Shown here: one piece after another, positions 33,801 through 46,697 of the stretch | Position numbering within the stretch: position 1 is the first letter of the stretch | Layout: each line of letters starts with the position of its first letter | DNA from: Camelus ferus | Taxonomy: Eukaryota | Length of the DNA: 64,000 nt | Reading direction: 5' to 3' | NCBI RefSeq assembly: GCF_009834535.1 | Contig: NC_045697.1 | Coordinates: forward strand, 87,360,001-87,424,000 | Position numbers and translations under genes: made by a program | The notes under the pieces: generated by a model | The model's database searches: none | What the model was told of the DNA's origin: nothing | What the model saw: only the letters and a program-made list of their open reading frames with translations

Positions 33801-34819
33801 AAATGCCACAGATGGAGAGGAAAATTTAGAGGCTGGTGTTTATGTTTGGAAAGGATGTTTTTAGACACTTTAACTTGTTTTTAAGTTAGTGGATTATAAA
33901 TTAATTAATTAAGATCCAATAAAAATGTAAGATTTCTTAAAAAGGAATGAACTAATGGAGTAGAATTTTTTTCAAATGGGAAGTGCTCCATTTATAGCAC
34001 AAATGGTCTGTTAACAAAATCTGTTATTAAATAAAGAAAATATCTTCATGAAAATTGATTAACCAGTCAATTCAGTCAAAATAATACACAGAGCCAAAAG
34101 ACTTTCTGCTTTCCACATTCCCTTCTTTAAGCTTTTGCACACTTTGGAGGCACTTCGAAAAGCAAAGGGATTGGGTCCAAGATCTTGGTCCTGTCTCTTT
34201 CACAGAGTTTGTATGTTGCAAATGTGCAGTAGAAGCTGTGAATGAATTTGATTATTTAACAGAAATAATTTTATTCTTTTGGGCCACCCTGAATCTGCCA
34301 CCTTCTTCAAATGTAGAGAAGCCTATCTTTATAAAGAAAACTGCTGGTGACAGAGTTATTTAGAGACTGTGGAGTTCTCACTGGTTACTTTGTGGTTTAT
34401 AAACCTGCTTTTGGAATTACCTGTAATTTCCTCTTTGTATCTGCCTTTGGCCATTTTTTGGCTTTTGCCCTTTAGCAGTACCAGAAACACAATCCAATTA
34501 GAGAAGATAAAATAAAACAAAGATGAAACTAAAATTTATCAGTTTGACTTCTTACTGTCTAATACCTAGAACAGTGCTTGTTACAGCAGAGTGGGAGCTC
34601 TGTAATATTTGTTGTTGCTTGCCTTGCTAGATTTAAAAGCTTCAGAGTAAGAAAGATGCTTAGATTAATGAATTGAATTTTTGTTTCTGCAGAGTCTTTG
34701 ATACTATTTCTAATGTCAGCAATATTGGCAATTTTGAGAGAAAATAAGAATTGCTTGACTCTGTCAACCATTTAATCATTTATTTAACGATAATATTTTA
34801 GGTACTGAGGATCCCAGTC

Positions 34820-35400
34820 TTTGACTAGTAATTCATAAGTTTTTAAGCATGTGATTGGTATCGGTTGGTAACTGGGGCTGTGGAAACACTCTGGGAGGAG
34901 GCAGCCACATCTGTCTTTGCAAGTCGGGGAAGGCTTCATAGAGAAGACATGAAAGATGAGAGGCAATTCGTCAGGTGCACAAGGGAGAGAGAAGCATTTC
35001 AGATGAGTACAAAGGCGTGTTAGTAGGAGTGATCCTGGCATGGTGGGAAAATTGCAAGTAATTTAGAATGTTTGGCATGTGAGGGGGTCTGTGGGAAGGA
35101 CAGGCACCAGTCATGGAAAGTGAAATGTCAAGCTGGGAGGTTTGAGTGCTCTCTTGTGAGCGATAAGGAGTCACGGACAGGCCAGGTTATAAACGGGAGA
35201 GTGGCATGACCAGATGAGAGTTCAAAGATTCTTCAGGTAGCACTGTGGAGGACAGACTGCCATCCAAGAGGGAGACCAGCTAGTTGGTTAATAGAATGGT
35301 CAGGGTGATTAATGTGACAGGGACAGTGGAGACTGAAAGGAAGGATGGGTTTGAGATGATTGGTTGAGGAAGATGAGGGAGGAGGGATCTAAGTGACTAA
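34820..35400 (-). mobile_element. L2 LINE fragment
   Basis: GGGAAGGCTTCATAGAGAAG..GAGAAGCATTTCAGATGAG..GAGTGGCATGACCAGATG..GTAGCACTGTGGAGGACAGACTG. Confidence 0.7.
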
Positions 35401-37741
35401 TCACTGGACCGACTCATAACTGGTCCGTAAGTACCTGGTAACTTAAAGGCAGAGGGGACATTTGTATAAATAAATGCATAAGGAGACCAAAATTTTCCAC
35501 ACTGAACATTCTACTAATTGTGTAGGTTGGAGAATCTTTTCTTCCCCTTAGCACACATCTTTCCCAGAACAGTTAATGAGTAATGAAGTGGACGGAAGGC
35601 AGAAAAGAGAATCAAAGGCTTTGAAAAATCAAACAAACTTAATTATTAATTCTTTCTTCCACCCAGCTCCCTAGACAGAGTTCACTGTATATCACCCAGA
35701 AAAGTGAATTACGTATCTGAACTCTGTTGTCAGAAATACCAAATTCAAGAATAAGAATTTCAGCAAGCCAACCATTTTCTCCTGATTATCAGAAAACATT
35801 AAAACACCCCCCACCCCTCCCTCTACACCCCCCACCCCACCCCAGACATTACATTTGGAAGCCTTGGAGTATCTTAAAAACACTATTTACAACTTCAGTT
35901 TTCCCTCATTCTCTGTATTTTTCTCTGTCAAACTCAGAGAAGGTAGTGACGATGATGGTCAAAGGAAGAAGGGTGGTTGGGGAATACATATATTAAGTGA
36001 TTGGGAATTATGATTAGAGAGTAGGGAAGCCTCTCAAAGTCAGAACTGGGAGGGACCTTCAAGACTCCTTAGTTCCTTTTCTTCATTTTAAAGTAAAGAA
36101 AGTTGAACCCCAGAGAGATGAAATGACTTATGGATAAACAGCTGATAGGAAAGTGAACCAGCTGAATGAGAAGAAGATGTGAAAACTACTTCTAAAGTTC
36201 CTGTACTATTTCCATTATATAGACCTTGCCTCTACTTGAAGCCTGGGAGTTTGACGTAGAATTCCTAAATAGAATATACCATAGCAATAGGCTGGCTTAA
36301 TGAAACCCAAATTCTTGCAGAAGCTGCACAAAATGAAGAACAGAATAATTTGGATTTTGGAATTGGTCATTTTTTTCCCCTTGCAGTTTGAAATGCTTGT
36401 AAATGAGAACATTGGAGTTAAACATTTTCTACATTTGATAGGTGGTATGTGGCACATGTAGAGGCTTGGAAATGCTTTTTTGAGAGGTGATCATTATAAA
36501 GCAGAATAACTTGAATTTGAGGGAAGCTGGCACTGCTTGATTTCAAAAGTTTAGTTAAAAAAAAAAAAAAGCCAAGTGTGCAAGTCCACACTTCTTCATG
36601 TCCTGTGTAGACAAAGCGATTGTTTTTCTCCTTGGCACTGAAGTAGGTACTATGTAGTCCCTTAATTCCTTAAGCACAAATTTTAATTGGGGGGAAGCTC
36701 TTAATCCTTAGGGAAAATATGCTTCATATGGATTGTAAAATCTGGCAAATTTTGGAAAGAAGAAAAGGAGGCAGTTCTCCTGAACAACAACAACAAAAAA
36801 GGTCTGCTGGAACTTGCCTTTCTTGAAAAAAAAAAAAAAAAAACAAAACCCAACATTCTTTCATAAAGCATTTTTTTCCAGAAGTATTTGCCCTTGAGCA
36901 TTTTTTCCCACTTACCCATGCTTATCTTCAAAACAAACATTTATTCCTTTCTACTATAAAGCGTGAGGAAGTTCCTTTGAGGTTATGCCCTACAAACGTA
37001 TCCAAGCAGTAACTGTCACCTCCTTCCTACGGCACAACAAATGACTAAGTCAACCGCAGCCAGCGCAGAGCGCAGGGCGGTGATTTCACGACAGGCTGTT
37101 CAGATGTTACCTATGGGACAGTTTCTCAAGGGGAAAAAACACAGAACTGTATTTTTGTGTGCAAATAAAATGTTGGGTCCTTTTGACCCAATGGAAAATG
37201 TGTGTCTGCTGGTGGCTGCCTCGTTGGAATATGATGATTTACACTTGGAAACATTTGTGTCATTTATCATATGATGTTACTGGCCTACACAGCATGACTG
37301 CATAACAAATAACCATATTAAAAATTAATCTTTTCCAGTCCATCAGACTGCACGTCTTTTGGAAGCCGCACGTTTTCTCTTTCCCGTCTGCCTTGTCCTC
37401 TCCCCTTGCCATCACTCTTCACATTAACTATGGGTTTAAGATAAAACGCGTGCGCTGGGCACTCACGGCTGTGCTCTCGGACTCCCAGCCTGCCCTTTCG
37501 CCCTTCTCTCCTGCTCTTCTGCAACATGAATCTTCTATCCAGTGGAATTGGTTCGCTCTCTGTCCCTGAATCACGCCTTCAAATCCTGACCTTAGGGACT
37601 GCCTTTACCTTTTTAATCCTATTCTTTTATAGCTGGGTTTAAACCCTACTTCTCTAAGTCATGCCAAAATAATCTCTCCCAGAAATTCTTTAGTAACAGC
37701 ATTGTATAAACTGCTCATTACTTTTAATGTCTACTTTTTAA

Positions 37742-38234
37742 TGTTGGAGAGGAGGCAAAACTTTACTGCTACCATCTTAAGGTCTCTCACTGGGTCTGAG
37801 AATTAAATTGGCATAAAATGGATTAACGGGAGAAAAGCATACAGATTATTACATGTACCTGGGAACCCCATAGGAAAATGAAGACCCAAAGATGTGGCCA
37901 AGCCTAAGTGTTTATAGACTAGAGTGAACAAAGAGACACAGTTGTGGAGAAGTAACTAAGTATACGAAGAGACTAAAGGAAGTTGAGATATTTTAACAAA
38001 GTCTGTTTGTACAGAGTTGTCTCGACCTCACTCTGTCTCTGGCGATAAGAATGTTCCTTTCCTCCCGGCACACGGAGGGCATCTTTCACATGGGAGTTTT
38101 ATCTCCTGCTTTCAGAAAGAAAAGGGGAGGTCAGAGCTCCCTTCTTGGACCTGCTGTCCTTCAGTGCTTTTAGCTCAATATAATCCTTATGCTAAAGTGG
38201 CATATTTTGAGGTGGCATTTTCTGCCACCGTCCA
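37742..38234 (-). mobile_element. ERV1-class solo LTR (laurasiatherian, MER41-like family)
   Basis: TG...CA ends, about 490 bp. GGGTCTGAGAATTAAATTGGCATAA..GATTAACGGGAGAAAAGCATACA and the terminal TATGCTAAAGTGGCATATTTTGAGGTGGCAT are typical of these LTRs. Confidence 0.7.
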
Positions 38235-39094
38235 AAGTTTATGTCTTGTTTCTCCTTTGGTATCGTAATTCTTTTGAGACTGAGATTATGTTGTTGATTT
38301 ACCTGGACCCTAAAGGTGCTTTGCCCATAGAAGTCAGTCAGAATACTTATATATTTTCCTGCATTTTCCAATCAAGTCGTAAAAGCCCATATTTATATCT
38401 TGTTTTTCTAACCAGAGGAACATTTACTATATTAATAAAATATATATTCTGATGTGATCTGTAACTTGCTTTAATTTGTCTTAGTCTTGCATATACTAGC
38501 AAACAGAGTTCTAAGAAATTATGGAATTATTTGCTGCAGAGAATTTTGGTAATATCACTGATAATGTTCAAGTTTCCAGAAGAGAATAGTTTTAAGAACT
38601 GGGGGTGTAAAGTCCGGGCTCTAGAAGGGACAGACACTAGAGGTCATTGAATCATCCTACCTTCCTCCTGCTGTAGCAATGCACTCTCTCTGACATCCTA
38701 GACAGGTCCTGACATGGGAGTACCTAGAATTACTTACTCCTTCATTTTACCTGTCTATTCTTAGTTACTCAAAATGCAAACCACTTGGTCCTTTCTATTA
38801 AGAGTAGAAGTTTCCTTAGGAGCAACTCATCTTGAGTTGACTTGGGAGGCTTGGAGGATGCCAGAACCTTTCTCAGCTCCTTAGGTGCTAATAATGCTCT
38901 TTCTCCTGGACATGAAACAGTTGCTCACTCTTCTGGCTGAACTTGGCCTGGGCACGAAACTCTTCAAAGCATCCCTTTTTTCAAATGTACAATGGCTCTG
39001 CATGCTTTTGAATGCTCTTTGCAGAGATTTATGATACTATGCAATTTAAGTTCTTTCTCAAATCCTACATTGAACATAACATTTTTGTAAGTAC

Positions 39095-39240
39095 CAAGGT
39101 ATATAAAATTATGGTATTTCAACAAGCTTGTGAGATGAGGAGGGACCAAATTATTAGCCCAGTTTTATAGATGAGGAAGTTTGACACAAGGAAGAAACAT
39201 GGTTTTCCCATTTCCTGGTAAGGTTAAGACCTAACTTCCC
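39095..39240 (-). mobile_element. MIR fragment
   Basis: TTATTAGCCCAGTTTTATAGATGAGGAAG core. Confidence 0.6.
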
Positions 39241-42200
39241 TTACTGTCAGTTCATTCTGCCCCCTGTGTAAGAATAAGTGGGTCTGCCACACCAGCCGAT
39301 CAGTGTTCTGCCCATGACTTTTGCTGTGGTGAAGCATCCAGATGAAAAAAACAATGCCTACTTTCATGCTTGGATTTTGGAGGGAGTTTCATTCTAAATT
39401 GTGCTGTGTTTTATGAAAGATAATCTGGCCAATTTCTTAATTGCATTCCATTCCTATGGTTTAGAAAAAATGTTGTTGCATTTACAAGGAATGTATGTAG
39501 CCCAAATACACAAAGCACATTTAAATTGCTTTAGATTTTGATTATTTTATTATACTAGTTTACTATAACTCAGCTATCTGTAGTGAATCGTTGGCCTCTG
39601 ATAACATTGTCACCTCCAGCCCCATCCCTGCTCAAATTATTAAGTGGAAAGGATTCTAATTCTATAGTCTCATTTTGGGGGAAAATTGGGAAGACTGTGT
39701 AGAAATCTAAATGACGCCTGTTACTCTCAGAGCTAGGAAACTAGAGCCAGGTCTCATGGCACTCTAATTAACACTTTTATTTCTGCAGATTTATTCCGTG
39801 GTCCTTACTGAACAGATCTGCCTTGGGTTTCTGCTGGTGCGTTTTTCAGCAGGAATGTGGGCTTTGTTTCTCTGAATAGTTGAGTGCAGATTAGTGGTAT
39901 GCCAATTTCCTGTGGCCTTTCAGAGCTGCAATTTGAGCCCTGTTTGCTCCTGGCCCTTGCACAGTGGAAAACAATGGGTGACTTCTTTTAGGTTTCACTT
40001 CAGGGCTCTTAGAAACAGGGGAAGTGGCTAAAGCCCTACTTTACAGGTAATTAACAATAGATAATGTTTGCTCTGCATTTTTTTAGAGCTGATAAAAGGT
40101 AGAAGAACATATTCAGCTGCTGATTTAGACACTGTGCAGTGGTTTTATGGATACAATAACTGTCTTAGCATCAGCAAGGTGGCATTGAATATCTGGGTCA
40201 CATATATGACTGAGCACAAAACTTTTAAAAAGTAGAAGAAAAACAAATAGTATTAAAACACTGATGGATAAGCAAGAAAGCCCGCCTTAGAGATGCTAAA
40301 GAAACTGTGTCACTTTAAGCCATGCAGTTTGCTTAAGGGTGCATTTATTATATCTCTATCTGTTTTATGAGGGGAACAATTTTCATCACTTGATACTTAT
40401 TCAAGATAATTTTTTATGTTCTCTACATTCAACTCTAGAATCCACCTATTTGTTAAAATAATGCCAGCTTAAAAAGTTTTGCCATCATATTTCATCATTA
40501 GCTACAGATATTCTTATGAAATGGTCTTAGATGCCTGACATGGTGTAGAAAACAGTGTATCTTGTCCTTCCTTTTATTGTATATTTGGCAGTGATAGGGT
40601 TTTTATTTTAATACTCTACCCTGAATAAATAATTTTTTAGACTACCCTCTTCCTGAAACATATTATGTCCACTTCATGACAAAGTAGGTTTATAGCCGTG
40701 CTGACAGGCTAATTGATTTATTCAATCTTCAGCAGTTATAAAATACTTAGTCTGCCCCACATACGGGCTGACCCACTAAGGATAAAAAGCCAGTGGGGGA
40801 GCTCTGTCCTTGAGGAGATTATGGCCATCTCTTTCCCGCCATTGTTGCCAAAAGAAGGTGGAGGCTTCGTTTGGGGAAAAAAAAAAATCTCAATTTTAAT
40901 ACTTAAACTTTACATCTATAATTGTAATGTGTCGGGAGCGCTCTTGATAAAAATCTGAAGACTGGGTCATGTCTGAGATCCCCAAGTAACTTATTTTTAG
41001 AGTGAACATAACTCTAAACCCAAAGTTAGTGGCTTTTTGTTCCAAGCCACTTCTAGCTAGCAGCATGAAAATGTCACCTTACTCATCTGCTCTTTAGAGA
41101 TGATGAATATGGAGAAGTTGCTTTAGTAGAGAATTTATATACCGCTTAAAACCAGAGCAGCTCTTTCTAAGTGTGTTTAGACACCCTGGAGAACAGTGTT
41201 TTAAGTGCAGAGGTGTACAAAGGTGAAGGAGCCCTACATCAATTAGTTCGTCAGCCCAGACTTGCTGCACGCCCAGACCGTGTGCAGCGCTGTGCCAGGG
41301 CTGTGGGCTTAACAAAAAGTGTAAGCTCTTGATCTCCACTAAGAGCTGGATCAGGAGGCTGACCTGGCAACCGGAAATAGGAAAGCACTTAAGTCTCTTT
41401 TCTGCTGATAAAAGTAATATGTTTATTGTAACACTGTTTTTGAAAATTTAGAAAAAGCATGAAGCAGAAAATATAAACCACACACAATCCTGCTACTCAG
41501 TGCTTAGTTACAAAGGGGCTTTAACAATTCTCTGCATACTCTCTTTACCTATGTCTTACTTGCTTTACCTTCTTAAAAAAAAAAAAATTAGACATTTCAG
41601 AAGTATGCCTCTCCTTTTCTTCTCCCTTCTATTATTCACTGAATCTTTTAGAAGAGAGATTTTGGTTCCAAAATACAGTATAGACCGGAGGGATCTTTCA
41701 GAAAATAGTCACTCTGAAATGAACCAGAGTTTGTATTTTATTTCATTTACTTCTGTTTTTTCTATCATCTAAGAGGTGAACTGTCTTTTCAGAGAGTTAA
41801 GAAGGGAAAAACTCAAGGTTGTCCTGTATAGCTGTCCAGTACTTACTAGCTAGGCACGTTTATTGGAGGAAAACTAAGAAAATTGGGGTCACCAGTGAAG
41901 GCGTAAAGGCTCGGTGGCAAGAATACAGGATTTTTATTTAAAATAAACTATAATTACTTGATATTGCCAATAATTACAGCGAAATAATCCTGGTAAGAAA
42001 GCACTTTTAAGAAAATGTCAACCGCGGCTCTGCTGTGAGAGCGAGGTCACTGTTCCCTCTCTTGCCCGGCGCCTACTTTTTATGTTAACCACGTTAATGG
42101 GGCTAATAATTTCCCTTAAGAAACTTTGTCTCCGAAGACTAATGCTCATAGTTTTTCCCCATGGTCACTGGCTTGGGATTATGTAACCAACTTTATTATC

Positions 42201-44234
42201 ACCGTCATTAAAATCAGTGTATATTTCATTCCGGTTGTACAGGAAGTGATTACTTAAAGTATCCATTTAAAATATGACTTAATGTTTAGACAGTGAACTT
42301 GTATGTTTACCATGTCAAAGCCTCAGAGAAATATTTTGTTTTCCTTAAGTGCTCTAAATGGCTGCCCGGTTGCACACAGTTGTGATTAGCTCTGGGTACT
42401 TCCACGAAGTTTTATCCACGTTAACATAGTCCTGCCCCAACGATACTATTAGAATGTTCAAGTTCTATTATTCTTTTGTTCCATAGGTTGAAGAAACTTT
42501 TGGAGTCATAAGCAAAATAACTTCTTCAGTTTGTATCATCCTCATGCTAGAACGCTGACATCTTTCATCTTTTCCGATGAAAGAACTCGTTTGCTGAAAC
42601 AACTGAGACACTTAAGAAGAAGTGATGACCCTAATTTGATTTTATTTAATTAACCTTTTACAATGACTCCTAGATAGATAAGTGTTCTGCCAAAAAGTAA
42701 GGTATTTGAAAGCAGCAATGAGCTCACTTAATTTCTCTGTTTTAAACAGAGTGCTTTTGATGGTTTACTAGACACGACATCACAGTTTCCTGTTTCATAT
42801 TTGAGTTAAGCGGCGTTGGAGAAAACCATTTGCCCTAAGTTTTAAAACTCTAGGGACAAAAAGCCCCTGATCAGAAGCTTTAGAAGCACAGTAGCTTTTT
42901 AAAGTTGTAACAGTATTAAAACCACAATACTGATGAACCCAAGAAATATACAACCTCTGTCCTGCCTGCATCTCTGCCCCGCAAAGGAGGGTAAAAGTAA
43001 AAATAGGAGATTGAATGATGCAAGTGATTATTTTAAACCTTTCACTTTTAAGGGCTCACAGGCTTAAAAAATTTTTTTCCTTCTTCAAAATCACAGCTAG
43101 CCTAGCATTCTGCATGTTGGCCAAATTGTTTTATGTTCTCAATTGAGAAAGGAACATTTAAGGTAGGGTCAAGATTTTAGGCTTAGAAACTCACTTGGAA
43201 TTAGAATTAAGTGCTGAAGGTGTCAAGAGGACTGAAGTGTTTGATAGTGAATCTCTCCTGCTCATTGGGGAATAGAAAACATATTTGGTGTCATGTATTG
43301 CACTTGTGCATGCTTACTTACAATTATTTTATGACTTAAAGAAAAAGGCAAAAAAGGAACAAATTACAGAAAACAAGACACTTAAGAAACTTGTGTAAAC
43401 CACTGATAACTTAAAATTTCTGGAGAGGAAGTTCTACTACGTGACAAATTAAACTTACAAAATACAATAATTTTAAAAGGTGGAATACAGTAATTAATGT
43501 TAAATAATTGAGCAATTCAGCAAAAATGTTTTGTAAACCCAACTTCTACACAGCCATAGTAAGGAACTAGAACGCACTGACTTCTCTTAGAGAAGCAAAT
43601 TGAAATACTGAGTCTCTGGAGAAGTAAGTGACCATTTCTGGAGGTAGAGGTGAGGGAGCAAACACGGGCCAGGAGATGGGCAGTGGGCCAGGTTCCGAAG
43701 TCACGGTGGTGAACAAGACAGGCGTGATGCTTGCATGGTCTCTTCTTTTCTCCTCCTAATTACGAGAGCAAAATGATTTTTTGGAGGGGAAGGAACCTTC
43801 ATAATTTCAGCACTAGCACCCCACCTAGCTCTGTATTTCAGATATTGCCACCCTTAGGAGATGAAATTTCTCTTTTTCTTCTGAGATTTATTCTTCTATG
43901 AAACTCAAAAAGACGAGCCACTTCCCCTTTTCTGTACAGGAACCCAGGCCACAAAGTAGTGGAACCCTAGGCTGGGGTCCTCATCATTTCAGTTCTTATT
44001 ACCAGGTAAGGCATTTGAACTCTTTGCTTATTTTATGATTGACTTCTCGTCAATAAAAGTTTACTGCCATTGCTCTGTAATCTCCATTTCCTGAATTTTC
44101 AGTTTGGAAGGTATATATTTATTCCTATCCAGGTTAATACTCATTCCCAGGTAATTTACTTTATTTATGATTTTTCTCAATTTATCACAAGTTCCTCCAA
44201 AGAACAGATCTCTCTTTTCGCATCCTGTCATTAC

Positions 44235-44480
44235 ATTCCTAGCTCAAATTTATTAAATGATTACTCTACACTGCGGTAGCTGGGAACTGTTCTAATAACT
44301 TAATATGAATTAATTTATTTGATTTTCCCAACAACCGTATGAGCTAGGTACCATTATTACCCTCTTTTATAGATGAGGAAACCCAAGCAGGGGGAAGCGT
44401 AGTAACTAGCCCAGGTTCCCATGGCTAAAACTTGGGGAATCAGGATTTGAACTCTAATGATCTGACAATGGAGCCTGTAC
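44235..44480 (-). mobile_element. MIR SINE, near full length
   Basis: ATTTATTAAATGATTACT..AACAACCGTATGAGCTAGGTACCATTATTACCCTCTTTTATAGATGAGGAAAC..CAGGATTTGAACTC. Confidence 0.85.
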
Positions 44481-44559
44481 ATAACATGCGAGTTTAAGAT
44501 CTACCTTTGATTGTATTAGCCACAGATTTCTAGGAGAGTGGCTGTTGCTACTTTTCTTT

Positions 44560-44725
44560 AGAAATGCTTGTGTTCCCTCCAAATTCCTATATTAAATCCT
44601 AATGGCCAGTGTGATGGTGTTTGGAGGTAGGACTTTGGGGAGACAATTACATGATGAGGGTGAAGCCCTTGTGAATGGAATCAATGCCCTTACAAAACAG
44701 ACCCCAGAGAGCGTCTTGGCCCTCA
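44560..44725 (+). mobile_element. MLT1A/B LTR 5' fragment
   Basis: GTGTTCCCTCCAAATTCCTATATTAAATCCTAA..GTGATGGTGTTTGGAGGTAGGACTTTGGG..GACCCCAGAGAG. Confidence 0.75.
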
Positions 44726-45187
44726 AAGTATTATCAGCTGGATAGTAGACACTGTTCTATAAAAGCCTTCAGTCTAACTGAGTGAGGTAAGACCAATATA
44801 CAGAAAACATCCAATAAATGCTACAGTGTGAGAGCTAGTAAAGTATTACTTTAAAACAAACCTCCCCAGGTCATTCTTGTGATAAACCAGATGTAGATTT
44901 CCTGGTCCAGTTCCCAGGTTCTCAAATGTATTTTCTAGTAGAACCTTTTTTGACCAAATAATGTTCCCTAAAAGTCAGTATATAAAAGGGGTTACTGTGT
45001 CACCACTCCAACTGAAGAGAGAGGCTGGTGGGTGGCCTTTCTTCCTCACCGCCTCCTCAGGCTTTCCCGTCCTCCTCTCCCCGAACTCCCCCAGAGTAGT
45101 TCTAAAACCATGAATTTAATGAACAGATGAGCAGTCATCTATGGAGAGCCTTTGGGGAACTATAAACTTTTAAAGTGATACACAAAA

Positions 45188-45215
45188 GTGTGTGTGTGTG
45201 TGTGTGTGTGTGTGT
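45188..45215. repeat. (GT)14 microsatellite within a hAT-Charlie-like remnant
   Basis: Perfect dinucleotide run, read directly. Confidence 0.95.
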
Positions 45216-46354
45216 CTTGGGGAAGAGTCCAGGGTTTTTTCAGATTATTAAAGAATCTCTGTCCCCAAATAGGGATAAGAACCCACTGCCCCAGCTACAG
45301 AAAAGGTACTTTATTTTCTATGCAGAACTTCTTTTTTGAGATAATTAGTGAAGATTGGATAATTTATAACAAATATAAGCATAAAGTTTTAAAATGCTGC
45401 CCCTGATCATTTGGAAACTAGAGGGGACCATTAAATGATTCCACCTGGATTATCATCACATAGCAATCAAATGGTAATTACTTCACTATCTTTTCTGTGG
45501 CTGAATTTGGGTCCAGAATTTTTGTTCCTGATCTACCCAAATCTCCACTTTCCAAATAGTCCTCAATCATTGAAAAAGAAATGCAATTTTAAGACTTTTT
45601 AGTAACAAGGGCAAGACATCCTTATATACTCATACAACTGTGCCTTTTTCAATAGTTGATTTTGCCTATAGTTTTTCTTAAAACATTCCAACCAAAATAG
45701 ATCTTTTTAAAAGCTTCATGTTGTTTAATGCTCAGAAATTGCTTAACTGAGCCTTGGGTTTTCCATAATGCCAGATCAAGGAATACTGGGAAAATAAATA
45801 CTATATACAATTTGAGGCTTTCTTTCCAGAGTTCCATTTGAAAGCTATTCAAAAATTAATATGAGTATGTGATTAATTTGGCACATTTCTACTACTCCTC
45901 GTACTGAATCACTATATTAAATAGGGATCACTAACTTCCTCTGAAGGAGGGTGAGCTAGGTGATGAGCTGATTTGTAAAATGTTCACTTAGGTTACTACC
46001 GTGAGTGGAGGTAAGATGGATATGGGGTGCAATGATGATGTAGCCACTCTTTCAGATGGGGTACCTCACCACTTACATTGGAATTGAGTCATTCAATTCA
46101 ACAAATTTGTCAAGTTTTTGCTAGTGTTCTGGGGATACAGCAGTGAACAGAGTAACTACAATTTTTTTCCCTCACAGAGTTGATGCTCTAATAAGAGAAA
46201 TAGACAATTATAAACGGGGAACACTAATATGTTGTAAGTGCCACTGTGCAGTGGCAGTGCAGTGTGAGATGTGAGTTTGCTAAACAGATGAACAACAGTT
46301 TTTTCTGAGATTCTTGCCTTTTCTGTCATGGCATGTGGAAAAAGAAACTAACAT

Positions 46355-46697
46355 ATTATCTTAGTCTGTTTGGGCTGGTATAATAAAATTCCAGAGACTG
46401 GGCGGCTTATAAACAACAGAAGTTTATTTCTTACAGTTCTGGGGGCTGGGGAGCCTAAGGTCAGGTGCTGGCAGGTTCTATGCCTGGTGAGGACCTTCTT
46501 CCTGGTTCACAGAAGGCTGTCTTCTCACCATGTTCTCACACGACAGGAGGAGTGAGGGATCTCTCTGGAGTCTCTTTTTTAAGGGAATCCACCCTTATGA
46601 CCTAATCACCTCCCAAAGACCTTACCTGCGTCATCATCAGGTTGGAGATTAGGCTTCAATATATGAATTTTGGGGGCACGCAAACATCCAGTCCAAA
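46355..46697 (-). mobile_element. MaLR solo LTR (MLT1A-like)
   Basis: TCTTAGTCTGTTTGGGCTG..GCTTATAAACAACAGAAGTTTATTTCTTACAGTTCTGG..ATGACCTAATCACCTCCCAAAG..ATGAATTTTGGGGG. Confidence 0.9.

Noticed and set aside
35807..35843. C-rich tract (G4-capable on the minus strand)
   Set aside because: Isolated low-complexity run with no promoter or exon context.
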